64,000 nucleotides of DNA, from the NCBI GenBank assembly GCA_963753435.1, contig CAVWCF010000001.1:608001-672000 (forward strand). Reading direction: 5' to 3'. Position numbers and translations under genes: made by a program. The number at the start of each line of letters is the position of its first letter. The stretch's first letter is position 1. Below the pieces are notes generated by a model. It did no database searches and was not told the DNA's origin. It saw only the letters and a list, made by a program, of their open reading frames with translations. Shown piece after piece: positions 9,420-20,533 of this stretch. Origin of the DNA: an uncultured Actinomycetota bacterium. GTDB lineage: Bacteria > Actinomycetota > Actinomycetes > CAVWCF01.

Positions 9420-10519
9420 GATTCGGTCTGCCCTGTGACCGCCGCGAGCTGTCCGCAGGCCCCGTCGATCTCCTGACCCCGGGTGTCGCGAACCGTCACG
9501 GGCACACCGGCGCGTTCCAGCCTGGCCACGAATTCCTCCTGCACCCCCGGGCGGGATGCGGTCCAAATGGAGCCGGGGGTCGGGTTCAGCGGGATGAGGT
9601 TGACGTGCGCCAATTTGCCGGCGAGCAACTCCCCAAGCGCCTCGGCGCGCCACGATTGGTCGTTGATGTCGCGGATCATCGCGTACTCGATGCTCACCCG
9701 CCGACCAGTCACTTCGGCGTAGTGCCACGCCGCCTGCAGCACTTCGGCGACCGGCCAGCGGGTATTGACCGGCACGAGCGTGTCCCGGAGTTCGTCGTCC
9801 GGAGCGTGCAAACTGACCGCCAGCGTCACGCCGAATCCTTCGTCGGCCAACTGGCGCATGCGCGGCACCAGCCCGACGGTCGAAACCGTGATGGAGCGAC
9901 GCGAGAGGCCTAGCCCGTTGGGCGCCGGCTCGATGAGTGCCCGCAGTGCTGTGGCCACCGCTCGGTAGTTGGCCAGTGGCTCGCCCATTCCCATGAGGAC
10001 CACGTTGGACAGCCGCAGCGACTCCCCCATCACCCCGTCGCGGGCAGCGGCGGCGGCGGCCACGACTTGATCCACGATCTCCGCGGCGGACAGGTTCCGC
10101 GTCAGACCGGCCTGACCGGTGGCGCAGAAGGGGCAGTCCATTCCGCAACCGGCCTGACTGGACACGCAGACCGTGACTCGGTCCGGGTAGGCCATCAGGA
10201 CCGACTCGACCAGCACTCCGTCGAACAAGCGCGAAACCGACTTGACCGTGCGGCCGGCGTCCGCGGACAACGAACGCACCGGCTGCAGCAAGGTTGGTAG
10301 GAGCTCCCCGACCAGAGCCCCGCGCTCAGCCTTCGGCAGGTCCGTCATCGCTTCGGGGTCCCGCTGCAACCGACCGAAGTAGTGCTGGGCCAACTGGTTT
10401 GCGCGGAACTCCGGCTGCCCCAGTTCCAGGCACACCGCCCGGCGCTCCTGCGGCGTCAGGTCCGCAAGGTGTCGTGGCGGTCGAGGCCGTCGCGGCGACT
10501 CAAAGACGAGATCCGCCAT
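9416..10519 (-). CDS. rlmN: 23S rRNA (A2503)-C2 methyltransferase RlmN
   Basis: [18 protein letters not shown] radical SAM motif, [21 protein letters not shown]; ATG 10519 in a TGATG overlap. Confidence 0.95.
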   Translation of the reverse strand: MADLVFESPRRPRPPRHLADLTPQERRAVCLELGQPEFRANQLAQHYFGRLQRDPEAMTDLPKAERGALVGELLPTLLQPVRSLSADAGRTVKSVSRLFDGVLVESVLMAYPDRVTVCVSSQAGCGMDCPFCATGQAGLTRNLSAAEIVDQVVAAAAAARDGVMGESLRLSNVVLMGMGEPLANYRAVATALRALIEPAPNGLGLSRRSITVSTVGLVPRMRQLADEGFGVTLAVSLHAPDDELRDTLVPVNTRWPVAEVLQAAWHYAEVTGRRVSIEYAMIRDINDQSWRAEALGELLAGKLAHVNLIPLNPTPGSIWTASRPGVQEEFVARLERAGVPVTVRDTRGQEIDGACGQLAAVTGQTES

Positions 10520-11361
10520 CAGCCGATCATGATCTCCAGGAGCAACCACCCCACCGGTGCCGCCACCAGCAGGGAGTCGATCCGATCCAGCATCCCCCCG
10601 TGGCCGGGCAGCAGATTGCCGCTGTCCTTGACGCCCGCGTCCCGCTTGAGTGCCGATTCGACCAGGTCGCCCAGGACGGCCGCGGGCACGATCAGGGCGC
10701 CGAACAGGAGTCCCTGCCAGACCTCGCCGTCCAGCAGCCAGTAGAACCCGCCGGCTGCCACCACCATGCTCAACACGAAACTGCCGATGAGCCCTTCCCA
10801 GGTCTTCTTGGGACTCAACTTCGGTGCCAGCGGATGCCGACCCATGGTCACGCCGGCCAGATATCCGCCGACGTCACTGGCAACCGCCGTCGCCAGCACC
10901 ACGATCAGGCGGTCGGCGCCGTCATCTGCATACAGCAGGAGAGCGGCGAAAGCAGCCAGGACGCCGGTGTACAGCAGCCCAAAGCCAGCGGCGGAGATGT
11001 CCTTGATGAAGCCCTCGACCGGTTTGACCACGCGTGCAGCCATGAGCACGGCCATCGCCACCGCAGCGGCCGCCAGCAGACCCCGCGTTCCGTCCACGGC
11101 CGCAGCCACCACGACGGCCGCCACGCCCGCGTGCAGCCAACCCACCGGCGGCGCAGCGCCAACCCCCCGGGCCAGCACGACGAACTCGCCGACCGCGAGC
11201 ACCATCGCCACCGCGAGGATCGCGACGAAGGCCGGCGGGAACAGATAAACCGGCGCCAGGACCAGACCGATACCGAGAATCAGTCCGACCGCGATGGCGG
11301 CCGGGACGTTGCGTCCGCCCCGTCGTGCCGGGGCGGCCTCATCCGGAGAGACCTCGCTCAA
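10519..11361 (-). CDS. cdsA: Phosphatidate cytidylyltransferase
   Basis: [41 protein letters not shown]; multiple TM segments. Confidence 0.95.
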   Translation of the reverse strand: MSEVSPDEAAPARRGGRNVPAAIAVGLILGIGLVLAPVYLFPPAFVAILAVAMVLAVGEFVVLARGVGAAPPVGWLHAGVAAVVVAAAVDGTRGLLAAAAVAMAVLMAARVVKPVEGFIKDISAAGFGLLYTGVLAAFAALLLYADDGADRLIVVLATAVASDVGGYLAGVTMGRHPLAPKLSPKKTWEGLIGSFVLSMVVAAGGFYWLLDGEVWQGLLFGALIVPAAVLGDLVESALKRDAGVKDSGNLLPGHGGMLDRIDSLLVAAPVGWLLLEIMIG

Positions 11362-11418
11362 AGCTCCGCCAGCCTGGCCAGCGGAAGCCTGTGCCGAAGC
11401 GAGAGCCCGGCGGACGAG

Positions 11419-11976
11419 TCAGACCTCAAGGATCTCGGTCTCCTTATGGCCAAGGAGTTCGTCGACTTGACCCACGTACCGATGGGTGAGCTCTTCCAGC
11501 TCCTTCTCCGCGCGACGGACGTCGTCCTCGCCGACCTCGCCGTCCTTGCTCAGCTTCTCCAGCTCGTCCTTGATGTGGCGCCGGACGTTGCGGATGGCGA
11601 CTCGCGCCTCCTCCGCCTTGTGCTTGGCCACCTTGACGTACTCCTTGCGCCGCTCCTCGGTGAGTTCCGGGAACGGCACCCGAATGAGCGTTCCATCGTT
11701 GCCGGGGTTCACGCCGAGGTCAGAGTCCCGGATGGCCCTCTCGATGGCGGGCAGGGCCGACTTGTCATAGGGGGTGATCACGGCCAGCCGGGCCTCGGGC
11801 ACCTGAAATGAGGCCAGCTGCTGGATCGGTGTCGCCGTTCCGTAGTAGTCGACGGTGATCTTGTTGAACATCGCCGGGTGCGCCCTACCGGTACGGATGC
11901 CGGCGAAGTCCTCCTTGGCGACCTCGACGGCCTTACCCATCTTCTCGGCCGCGGTGGCCAGGCTTTCGTCGATCAT
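11419..11976 (-). CDS. frr: Ribosome recycling factor
   Basis: [33 protein letters not shown]. Confidence 0.97.
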   Translation of the reverse strand: MIDESLATAAEKMGKAVEVAKEDFAGIRTGRAHPAMFNKITVDYYGTATPIQQLASFQVPEARLAVITPYDKSALPAIERAIRDSDLGVNPGNDGTLIRVPFPELTEERRKEYVKVAKHKAEEARVAIRNVRRHIKDELEKLSKDGEVGEDDVRRAEKELEELTHRYVGQVDELLGHKETEILEV

Positions 11977-11987
11977 CAGTTCTCCAG

Positions 11988-12761
<774 letters not shown>

Positions 12762-12799
12762 TCAGTGTGCCGTCTGGACGTCTCCGGTGGGCGGACAGG

Positions 12800-13621
12800 T
12801 CAGGACTGGCCCACTTCGAATCGGGCGAACGCGGTGACCGCGACCCCGGCATCACCCAGGACCGCACCCACGGTGCGCTTGCTGTCCGTTACCGAGGACT
12901 GCTCGGTAAGGACGACGTCCTTGATGAAGCCGTGCACCCGGCCCTCGATGATCTTGGGCAGCGCCTGCTCCGGCTTGCCTTCCTCCCGGGCGGTGGCCTC
13001 GGCGATTCGGCGCTCGTGCTCGAGAACGTCAGCTGGGATCTCGTCAGCAGTCGCGTACTGCGGGCGCATGGCGGCCACCTGCATGGCGGCACCGCGAGCA
13101 GCTTCGGCGTCGGTCCCGGTGTAGGCCACGAGCACGCCCACCTGCGGCGGCAGGTCGGGGCTCTTGCGGTGCAGGTACGTGGCGACCGCACCGTCGAAGC
13201 GTGCCGCGCGACGCAGTTCGATCTTCTCCCCGATGACGCCGCCGATCCCGTCGATGGCCTCCTTCGCCGAACGACCGTCAGCCAGCGTCAGCGTCAGGAT
13301 GTCATCGAGTTCTCCCGTACCGGCGGCCTCTGCTGCCGTTGCGATATCGGAAGCCAGGGCCTGGAACTGCTCGTTCTTGGCTACAAAGTCGGTTTCACAG
13401 GCCAACTCGACCATCGTGTTTCCGACCGCGGTCACCAAGCCATTACCGGCGGTGCGCTCGGCCCCACGCTTGGCAGCCTTGGCAGCGCCCTTGATGCGCA
13501 GCACCTCGACGGCAGCGTCGAAGTCACCGTCGGCCTCGGTGAGGGCCTTCTTGCAATCCATCATTCCGGCGCCGGTGAGCTCCCGGAGCCGCTTTACGTC
13601 GGCGGCAGTGATGTCAGCCAT
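12800..13621 (-). CDS. tsf: Elongation factor Ts
   Basis: [38 protein letters not shown]. Confidence 0.97.
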   Translation of the reverse strand: MADITAADVKRLRELTGAGMMDCKKALTEADGDFDAAVEVLRIKGAAKAAKRGAERTAGNGLVTAVGNTMVELACETDFVAKNEQFQALASDIATAAEAAGTGELDDILTLTLADGRSAKEAIDGIGGVIGEKIELRRAARFDGAVATYLHRKSPDLPPQVGVLVAYTGTDAEAARGAAMQVAAMRPQYATADEIPADVLEHERRIAEATAREEGKPEQALPKIIEGRVHGFIKDVVLTEQSSVTDSKRTVGAVLGDAGVAVTAFARFEVGQS

Positions 13622-13631
13622 CGTTCTCCGT

Positions 13632-14627
13632 TCAGGCCTGGTTCTCGTCGGATGCGGCTATGCCGCTGTCGGTCGTCGGCTCAGCGGCCGCCACGGGCTC
13701 AGCCGCCGCGGGTTCGGCTGCCGCCTCGGGCGTCGCCGTCTCGGCAGCGGCCTCAGCCGGTGCCTCCGCAGGTGCCTCCGCAGGGACCTCAGCCGGTGCT
13801 TCGGCAACAGCGTCGGCAGCAGCCGCAGCAGGTGCCTCGGCGGGCTGGTCGGCGCTGGCGCCCGCAAGCAACTCCCGCTCCCACTCCGCCAGCGGCTCTT
13901 CGCCCGCAGCGGGCTTGTCATCGCCCGCGGCAGCACCGGCGCGCGCCATCAGGCCATCGGCGACGGCGTCCGCGATCACTCGGGTCAGCAGGGCGACCGA
14001 GCGGATGGCGTCGTCGTTGCCGGGAACCGGGAAGTCGACCTCGTCCGGGTCGCAGTTGGTGTCGAGGATCGCAATCACCGGGATGTTGAGTTTGCGCGCC
14101 TCGGCGACGGCGATGTGCTCCTTCTTGGTGTCCACCAGCCAGACGGCAGACGGGATTCGGTTCATGTCCCGCACACCACCAAGGGTGCGCTCCAACTTCT
14201 CCTTCTCCCGCTTCAGGACTAGGAGTTCCTTCTTCGTCATGCCGGAACCGGCGACGTCGTCGAAGTCGATGAGCTCAAGTTCCTTCAGCCGCTGCAGCCG
14301 CTTGTGAACCGTGTCGAAGTTGGTGAGCATCCCGCCGAGCCACCGCTGCGTCACGTAGGGCATGCCCACGCGAGTCGCCTGCTCGGCTACAGCTTCCTGA
14401 GCCTGCTTCTTGGTGCCCACGAACATGATCGAGCCACCGGCCGCGACCGTGTTCTTCACGTACTCGTAGGCGGAGTCGATGTACGACAACGACTGCTGCA
14501 GGTCGATGATGTAGATGCCATTGCGCTCGTTGAAGATGAAGCGCTTCATCTTGGGGTTCCACCGGCGGGTCTGGTGCCCGAAGTGGGCGCCGCTCTCAAG
14601 GAGCTGACGCATCGTGACAACGGCCAT
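13632..14627 (-). CDS. rpsB: 30S ribosomal protein S2 with long Ala/Glu/Pro tail
   Basis: [52 protein letters not shown]; true start ATG 14627. Confidence 0.97.
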   Translation of the reverse strand: MAVVTMRQLLESGAHFGHQTRRWNPKMKRFIFNERNGIYIIDLQQSLSYIDSAYEYVKNTVAAGGSIMFVGTKKQAQEAVAEQATRVGMPYVTQRWLGGMLTNFDTVHKRLQRLKELELIDFDDVAGSGMTKKELLVLKREKEKLERTLGGVRDMNRIPSAVWLVDTKKEHIAVAEARKLNIPVIAILDTNCDPDEVDFPVPGNDDAIRSVALLTRVIADAVADGLMARAGAAAGDDKPAAGEEPLAEWERELLAGASADQPAEAPAAAAADAVAEAPAEVPAEAPAEAPAEAAAETATPEAAAEPAAAEPVAAAEPTTDSGIAASDENQA

Positions 14628-14839
14628 GGCCGCAGCCTCCTTTTGCCGCTGGCGCGGCGTCGGTTCGTCGCAACGCCAGGTCGACGTCGCTGCCTGGTGT
14701 CGCGCAATTCGCCACTCTCGAGGAGAGACCGGACGAGTTGCCCCGGCTGACCGGGTAGTGCGACACGCGAATTCGGTCCATAGGACCGGATCGGATGATA
14801 CGGCACGCCCGCGCCAGGGCCGAATCCGCGCTTTGGCCG

Positions 14840-14916
14840 TCCACAGCCGCGCCAGAGCACCGGGAGCCCACAACTGCTGGGCAGTTGAACCGGCGTCCGC
14901 GGACCCCGGCGAACGT
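14840..14916 (+). promoter_or_regulatory. Tandem TCCACAG-like boxes plus -10 element upstream of the M23 gene
   Basis: TCCACAGC (14840-47), N19, CCCACAAC (14867-74), N36, GAACGT (14911-16), 6 nt, GTG 14923; same geometry as upstream of yraN. Confidence 0.55.
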
Positions 14917-14922
14917 CATCCC

Positions 14923-15516
14923 GTGCTCGGACAAGCCCTGATCACCCCCATGGCGCTGCTGGCCGCGCCAGCAATTGCCGTCGCCGTACTCACCGGCACC
15001 GGAACCGGATCCGGCCCGCGCGCGGTCAACGAACCCAGCCCAGGGCTGCCGTTCGGGTCGCCGCCGCCGGCGTGGACGCTGCCCGTCCCCGGACCGGCCC
15101 TGAGCGGCTTCGACCCGCCCCAGCGGCCGTGGCTGGCGGGGCACCGCGGCATCGACCTGGTCGCCGAACCGGGCGATCCGGTCCGGTCCGTGGCCAGTGG
15201 CGTGGTGGCATTCGCCGGGACGGTTGCCGGCCGGGGCGTGATCAGCGTGCAGCACGGACAAGTGCGCAGCACCTACGAGCCGGTCACCCCCGCAGTGGCC
15301 GTAGGCGACCACGTCGTTTCCGGGGAAAGGCTTGGGTTGGTGGCCGGTTCAGCGCACGAGGGTTGTGGATGTCTGCACCTGGGGGCGCGCCGCGGCGTGG
15401 ACTACATCGACCCGTGGACCCTGTTGCGATCGCCGAGCCGGTTGGTCAGCGTGTTGGCGCGGGAAGGCCCGCTCAGCCGTCCATCGCCTCGGTCAGTCGG
15501 GACCGCATCTGAATGA
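14923..15516 (+). CDS. M23-family peptidase-like exported protein
   Basis: Hydrophobic N-terminus, [15 protein letters not shown] (HxxxD), [26 protein letters not shown]. Start GTG 14923 or ATG 14950. Confidence 0.85.
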   Translation: MLGQALITPMALLAAPAIAVAVLTGTGTGSGPRAVNEPSPGLPFGSPPPAWTLPVPGPALSGFDPPQRPWLAGHRGIDLVAEPGDPVRSVASGVVAFAGTVAGRGVISVQHGQVRSTYEPVTPAVAVGDHVVSGERLGLVAGSAHEGCGCLHLGARRGVDYIDPWTLLRSPSRLVSVLAREGPLSRPSPRSVGTASE

Positions 15517-16477
15517 CGGCCTTGGTGTGCAGCTGGCAAACGCGGCTCTCGGTGACACCGAGGACCTGCCCGATCTCCGCCAAGGTCAGGCCCTCGTAGT
15601 AGTACAGCGTCACGACGACCTTCTCGCGTTCGGCCAGTTGCCCGATGGCCCGGGAAAGCAGGTACTTGATCTCCTCGGACTCGACGGCCCCCATGGGGTC
15701 CTCAGCACGGGAGTCCTCCAGGGTGTCCAGCAGGGAGAGCCGCTCCCCTTTGTCCGCCCCCGGATGCAGCAGTTCGTCCAGGGCCACCACGTTGACGTAG
15801 GACATCTTTGAGAAGGTCTGGTGCAGGTCCGACAGCGCGATACCGAGATGGGCGGCAACTTCGGCCTCGGTCGGGGTCCGGTGCAACTCCGACTCCAGCG
15901 CCGCGTAGGCCTTCTCGACCTCACGGGCCTTCGATCGGACCGAGCGGGGGACCCAGTCGATGCTGCGAAGTTCGTCGATGATCGCGCCGCGGATGCGGGC
16001 GATCGCGTAGGTCTCGAACTTGATGGCCCGTTCCGGCTCAAACTTCTCGATAGCGTCGATCAGCCCGAAGACGCCGTACGCGACCAGGTCCGCTTGTTCG
16101 ATGTTGGGCGGCAGACCGACACCAACGCGGCCGGCCACGTACTTCACCAGCGGTGAGAAGTGCAGAATCAACCGCTCCCGAGCCTGCTCGTCCCCGGTGC
16201 TCTTGTACGTGCTCCAGAGTTCGGCCAGCACCGCCACTGGGTCTTCGTCTAGCCAGTCCTCGGCAAAGGGGTCGGCGTCTGCGGAACTGGCTTCGGAGTC
16301 GGAGGTCGCCGCGTCGTCCGCCTCGGTGTCGTCCACCTCGGCGTCAGCCACGTCGGCATCGTCCAGATCGGCATCGTCCAGATCGGCGTCGTCCACGTCG
16401 GTGTCGTCCAGATCCACGGCGGCCTCGGCCCCTTCGGCAACGAGGGCGCCGTCAGGCCCGCGGGTGCGCCTGCTCAT
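15473..16477 (-). CDS. whiG: RNA polymerase sigma factor, FliA/WhiG family
   Basis: [85 protein letters not shown]. Start ATG 16477 or GTG 16417. Confidence 0.9.
   Translation of the reverse strand: MSRRTRGPDGALVAEGAEAAVDLDDTDVDDADLDDADLDDADVADAEVDDTEADDAATSDSEASSADADPFAEDWLDEDPVAVLAELWSTYKSTGDEQARERLILHFSPLVKYVAGRVGVGLPPNIEQADLVAYGVFGLIDAIEKFEPERAIKFETYAIARIRGAIIDELRSIDWVPRSVRSKAREVEKAYAALESELHRTPTEAEVAAHLGIALSDLHQTFSKMSYVNVVALDELLHPGADKGERLSLLDTLEDSRAEDPMGAVESEEIKYLLSRAIGQLAEREKVVVTLYYYEGLTLAEIGQVLGVTESRVCQLHTKAVIQMRSRLTEAMDG
16310..16414 (-). repeat. Coding 15-nt tandem repeat giving acidic pentapeptides in the WhiG N-terminus
   Basis: Repeated gtcgtccagatcggc-like units; [35 protein letters not shown]. 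Confidence 0.8.
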
Positions 16478-17417
16478 ATGTGGATCGCAGCCTTTCGACG
16501 GAAACGTGCGTGTATATCTGCGTGGTCGCGAGCGTAGCGTGGCCAAGCATCTCCTGGACGGACCGTAGGTCCGCGCCACCCTCCAGCAGGTGAGTTGCCG
16601 CGGAGTGTCGCAAGGCGTGCGGCCCAACCGGGCCGGCCACGTCTCGGGTGACTCGAGCCACTAGCGCTCGCACCACGCGGGGGTCGACCCGACCGCCGCG
16701 GGCCCCCAGGAAGAGGGCGTCCCCAGAAGTGGGATTCGCCAGTGCCTCGCGGACCACCCGATACCGCGCCACAGCGCGCAGCGCCGGCTCGCCCAGCGGG
16801 ACGGTCCGCTCCTTGCGGCCCTTGCCCAGTACCCGTACCACCCGCCGGTCGGTGTCGATGTCGCCGAGGTTGAGGCCGCACAACTCCGAGACTCGCACCG
16901 CCCCTGCGTAGAGGACCTCGAGCATGGCCGAGTCCCGAAGCCGGATCGGATCGTCTTCGGCTGCTGCTGCTGCCGAGTCCAGCACCAGCTCCGCGTCGTG
17001 CTGCCGCAGCACGGTGGGTAGGGCGCGGCCGTGCTTGGGAGTGCCCAGGGCCGCCCCCGGGTCGCTGGTGGCGTGCCCGCGGGCAGACGCAAAACTGGTC
17101 AGCGCCCGGGCGGCGGCCGCTCGTCGGGCCACGCTGGAACGCGCCGCCCCGGTAGCCGCCTGCAGCGCCAGCCAGGACCGCAGCACCCCGAGCGTGATCT
17201 CGTCCGGAGTGGAGAGGCCGTGCCGGGCCGCATGTTCCAGCAGCGAGGTCGCATCGTGGGCGTAGGCCCGGACCGTGTGCGGGCTCAGCCCACGTTCGTC
17301 CCGCAGGTGCGTGATGAACGCCAGCAGCAGCGAATCCATCGCCGCCGGTAGCGACTCCGAAGCCGGCGACGGGGACGCCACGTCGCCGGTCCGATTCGGC
17401 TCGCCCCTCCCGGTCAC
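16452..17417 (-). CDS. xerC: Tyrosine recombinase XerC
   Basis: [67 protein letters not shown]; conserved position after dprA. Confidence 0.92.
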   Translation of the reverse strand: MTGRGEPNRTGDVASPSPASESLPAAMDSLLLAFITHLRDERGLSPHTVRAYAHDATSLLEHAARHGLSTPDEITLGVLRSWLALQAATGAARSSVARRAAAARALTSFASARGHATSDPGAALGTPKHGRALPTVLRQHDAELVLDSAAAAAEDDPIRLRDSAMLEVLYAGAVRVSELCGLNLGDIDTDRRVVRVLGKGRKERTVPLGEPALRAVARYRVVREALANPTSGDALFLGARGGRVDPRVVRALVARVTRDVAGPVGPHALRHSAATHLLEGGADLRSVQEMLGHATLATTQIYTHVSVERLRSTYEQAHPRA

Positions 17418-17423
17418 CGGACA

Positions 17424-17452
17424 ACGGTCTGGCCTGAAGCGGGACGGGTCAA
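17424..17452 (-). promoter_or_regulatory. Sigma-A-type leaderless promoter of xerC
   Basis: Minus strand TTGACC (17452-47), N17, GACCGT (17429-24), 6 nt, GTG 17417. Confidence 0.6.
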
Positions 17453-17480
17453 GACTCCGCGCCGCCGGACCGTGTTCGGC

Positions 17481-18557
17481 CTACTGGCGGCGGACACTTG
17501 CCAGGCGCCACCCCGATGCCGACTCGACCACCAGTCCTGCAGCCGCCAACTCATCCAGACCGGCCAGCACGTCCGCCGTCGACGCTCCGCAAGCAGCCAC
17601 CAGTCGGTCCAAGTCGGACCCGCCCCGGCCGGGCAGGAGCGCCAGCAGATGTTGCGCCAGCAGACCGGGCGCCGCTTCGACCTGACCCAGGTCCGCAACG
17701 GCACCTATCGGCTCAACCAGTTCTCGAACCTGTGCCGCGGATGCCACCAACGTGGACCCATCGCGGATCTCCGCGTGGCAACCGGCGGACACCGCTGAGG
17801 TAATCGGGCCGGGCACGGCCATGACCGGCCGATTGAGTCGACGCGCGTCCGCCGCAGTGCGGCGTGCACCGCTGCGGGACGCCGCTTCGACCACCACGGT
17901 GCCCCGGCTCAGGGCGGCGATGATGCGGTTGCGCTGCAGCAGGCGGGAAGCCGTGGGGCGCACCCCACAAGGCAGTTCACCCACCAAAACGCCCTCGGCG
18001 GCTATCGCCCGGAAGAGTGACTCGTTGCCTCGCGGCTGCAGCAGGTCCGGGCCCGCAGCCAACACCGCAACCGACGCTCCCCCGGCGGCAAGGGCCCCGC
18101 GATGTGCGGCGGCGTCGATGCCGTAGGCCCCGCCGGACACGATCGCGAGACCGGACTGCACCAGTTCGTAGGCAAGATCTCCAGCGCACTCGGCGCCGTA
18201 CGCGGTGCACGCTCGGGCTCCGACAACCGCGACCGAGCGCAGCGCCAGCAGACGCAGGTCGCCCCCGCCGAGCGCCCAGAGCCCGAACGGCGCAGCGCCA
18301 CCCAACTGGTCCAACTGGGTTGGCCACTCCAACTCCCCCGGGATCACCCAGCGCGCGCCCACCAGGTCCAACGCCCGCGCCGCGGCCACTCCCTGCGACA
18401 CGTCAACGCTTGCGCGCGCGGGCAGATTCGGATCCCCACCGGCCATTCGGCGCACGACCGCAACTGCAGACTCCGTTGCGAGGGCCTGGCCTACCCGCGG
18501 ATCGCCGGGCTCGCAGACACCCGCAAGGACCAACCGGGCCATGGCCTCGTCGTTCAC
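17481..18557 (-). CDS. dprA: DNA-processing protein DprA
   Basis: VAVVGARACTAYG, IVSGGAYGIDAAAHRGAL, RNRIIAALS, VVVEAASRSG, VPGPITS. Confidence 0.93.
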   Translation of the reverse strand: MNDEAMARLVLAGVCEPGDPRVGQALATESAVAVVRRMAGGDPNLPARASVDVSQGVAAARALDLVGARWVIPGELEWPTQLDQLGGAAPFGLWALGGGDLRLLALRSVAVVGARACTAYGAECAGDLAYELVQSGLAIVSGGAYGIDAAAHRGALAAGGASVAVLAAGPDLLQPRGNESLFRAIAAEGVLVGELPCGVRPTASRLLQRNRIIAALSRGTVVVEAASRSGARRTAADARRLNRPVMAVPGPITSAVSAGCHAEIRDGSTLVASAAQVRELVEPIGAVADLGQVEAAPGLLAQHLLALLPGRGGSDLDRLVAACGASTADVLAGLDELAAAGLVVESASGWRLASVRRQ

Positions 18558-20068
18558 GCCGCCGCACCCACGGACCCTCGAAAGCGCAGTGCGGTCGCCA
18601 GGTCTGACGCTGCCGGGGCCGTCCGTCCGGCCAGATCCGCCAGCGTCCAGGACACCCGCAGCACCCGATCCACTCCCCGCGCGCTGAGACGACCTGCGTC
18701 CATCTCCCGGGTTACCGAGACCATCGCCGACGGGTCCGGCCGCCAGCGTGACCGCAGCGCACTACCGGGAACGTGGGCATTCACCGTCCAACGCTGGCCC
18801 CAACGTTCCTGTGCCGCCTGCCGAGCGGCCTGGACCCGGGTCGCCACGGTCGAACTGGATTCCGACGGCGTGGGCTGCTCCAGGTCCGCCGGCCGTAGGG
18901 GCCGGACCCCGACGCGCAGGTCGATTCGATCCAGCAAGGGACCGGACAGCCGGTTGGCGTATCGCCGGACCTGCATCGGCGAGCACTCACATGCCAGCGC
19001 CGACGAGCCGAACCGGCCGCATGGGCAGGGGTTAGCCGCCAGCGCCAGCTGGAACCGAGCCGGCAGCCGCACCGAACCTGCCGATCTGGAGACGATCAAC
19101 TCCCCGCTCTCCAGCGGTTGTCGCAACGAGTCCAACACCCCCGAACGGAACTCCGGGGCCTCATCCAGGAACAGCACCCCGCGATGCGCCAGCGACGCCG
19201 CCCCGGGGCGCGGTAGTCCAGAACCACCGCCGATGACCGCCGGAACGGACGCGGAATGGTGTGGGGAGACGAACGGCGGGCGGCGGATCAGCCCAGCGTC
19301 CGGAGGCAGAACGCCCAGGACGGAGTGGATAGCGGTGACCTCAAGCGCTTCTGCGACTGTCAATTCCGGCAGCACCCCGGGCAATCGGGAGACCAGCAAC
19401 GTCTTCCCCGCGCCTGGAGGGCCATGCAGATACAGATGGTGGCCGCCAGCGGCGGCGACCTCCAGCGCCAGGCGCGCCTCGGCCTGCCCGATCACTTCGC
19501 AAAGGTCGGGGACCCGCGACTCGGCTGTCGCGGTCGCACTCGCCAACTGCGGCGCCGGCGTTTCCCCGCGCAACACCGCACAAAGCTGCCTCAGGTCTGC
19601 GACTGCCAACACCGACACGTCCGGGACAAGAGCGGCCTGACCGCCGCTGGCCGCCGCGACCACGACCCGGCTGAAGCCGGCATCCCGGGCAGCCAAGACC
19701 GCCGGCACCACGCCCGGTACGGCGCGGACGCTGCCGTCCAGTCCCAGTTCGCCCAGGACTACTGCCCCCGCCAACGCGTTCTCGGGGATGCGGCGTTGCA
19801 CGAGCAGCAACCCGCAGGCCAGCGCCAGGTCGAAGCCGGAACCTCGCTTCTGCAGATCCGCGGGAGAAAGGTTGACCGTGACCCGCTGGGCCGGCCACGG
19901 CAGCCCACTGTTCAAGACTGCTGCGCGAACCCGATCGCGCGACTCCGAAACCGCTGCGTCCGGCAATCCGACCAGGCAGAACCCGGGCAAACCCTGCGAG
20001 TGGTCAACTTCTACGTCGACGATTCGGCCCGTCACCCCGACGATGGCGACCGAGCGGACCCGGGACAT
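18554..20068 (-). CDS. comM: ComM/YifB Mg-chelatase-like AAA+ helicase
   Basis: VGLPDAAVSESRDRVRAA, NLSPADLQKRGSGFDL, GPPGAGKT, SLAHRGVLFLDEAPEF, AANPCPCG, SGPLLDRID; ATG 20068 in a TGATG overlap. Confidence 0.93.
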   Translation of the reverse strand: MSRVRSVAIVGVTGRIVDVEVDHSQGLPGFCLVGLPDAAVSESRDRVRAAVLNSGLPWPAQRVTVNLSPADLQKRGSGFDLALACGLLLVQRRIPENALAGAVVLGELGLDGSVRAVPGVVPAVLAARDAGFSRVVVAAASGGQAALVPDVSVLAVADLRQLCAVLRGETPAPQLASATATAESRVPDLCEVIGQAEARLALEVAAAGGHHLYLHGPPGAGKTLLVSRLPGVLPELTVAEALEVTAIHSVLGVLPPDAGLIRRPPFVSPHHSASVPAVIGGGSGLPRPGAASLAHRGVLFLDEAPEFRSGVLDSLRQPLESGELIVSRSAGSVRLPARFQLALAANPCPCGRFGSSALACECSPMQVRRYANRLSGPLLDRIDLRVGVRPLRPADLEQPTPSESSSTVATRVQAARQAAQERWGQRWTVNAHVPGSALRSRWRPDPSAMVSVTREMDAGRLSARGVDRVLRVSWTLADLAGRTAPAASDLATALRFRGSVGAAA

Positions 20069-20430
20069 CACCAGATCACTCCGCGACGGTGGTCTATGAC
20101 GGGTTGCTTCCGCTGCGAAACCAGCACCCCGATCACGTCGAAACGAACCGGTGTGCCGGGCACACCACGTTCTCGAAGCCACAGAGCCGCCAGGCGCCGC
20201 AGCCGCCGCGCCTTGTCCGGGCCGACCGCGGCAACTGCCGGACCGAAGGCGTCGGTGCTGCGGGTCTTGACTTCGCAGACGACAACCGCGTCGCCGTCCA
20301 TCGCGACGATGTCCAGTTCCCCAGCACCGCACCGCCAGTTGCGGTCGAGAATGCGCAGGCCGCATTCGCGCAGGTGCGCGGCCGCAAGATCCTCGCCGAG
20401 CCGGCCCAGCGCGGCCCTCGACTCCGTCAT
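20068..20430 (-). CDS. yraN: YraN family nuclease (UPF0102)
   Basis: LGRLGEDLAA..L, ILDRNWRC..GELDIVA, EVKTR, RFDV. Confidence 0.93.
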   Translation of the reverse strand: MTESRAALGRLGEDLAAAHLRECGLRILDRNWRCGAGELDIVAMDGDAVVVCEVKTRSTDAFGPAVAAVGPDKARRLRRLAALWLRERGVPGTPVRFDVIGVLVSQRKQPVIDHRRGVIW

Positions 20431-20448
20431 GTGATCACCTCCGCGGCG

Positions 20449-20525
20449 AGCGTCGTCGCTGCGGAGCGATCCGACCGCGGTGCGTGACGGCCTGGGGACT
20501 GCGGGGGTGCGCGAGCGCCTGTGGA
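20449..20525 (-). promoter_or_regulatory. Tandem TCC(A/C)CAGG boxes plus -10 element upstream of yraN-comM-dprA
   Basis: Minus strand TCCACAGG (20525-18), N19, TCCCCAGG (20498-91), N36, GACGCT (20454-49), then GGAGGTGA SD and ATG 20430. Confidence 0.6.
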
Positions 20526-20533
20526 AGCGACGC

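Noticed and set aside
14840-14874. oriC / DnaA-box cluster
   Set aside because: Only two imperfect boxes, no AT-rich unwinding element and no dnaA/dnaN nearby; retained only as a promoter motif.
16452-17417. Tyrosine recombinase as a mobile-element integrase
   Set aside because: XerC-type sequence in its conserved chromosomal context; no att sites or cargo seen.
16474-17424. 316-aa alternative-frame ORF over xerC
   Set aside because: Arg/Gly/Pro-rich frame artefact without motifs.
17466-17480. LexA SOS box upstream of xerC (CGAAC-ACG-GTCCG)
   Set aside because: Spacer is 3 nt rather than 4 and one half-site is mismatched.
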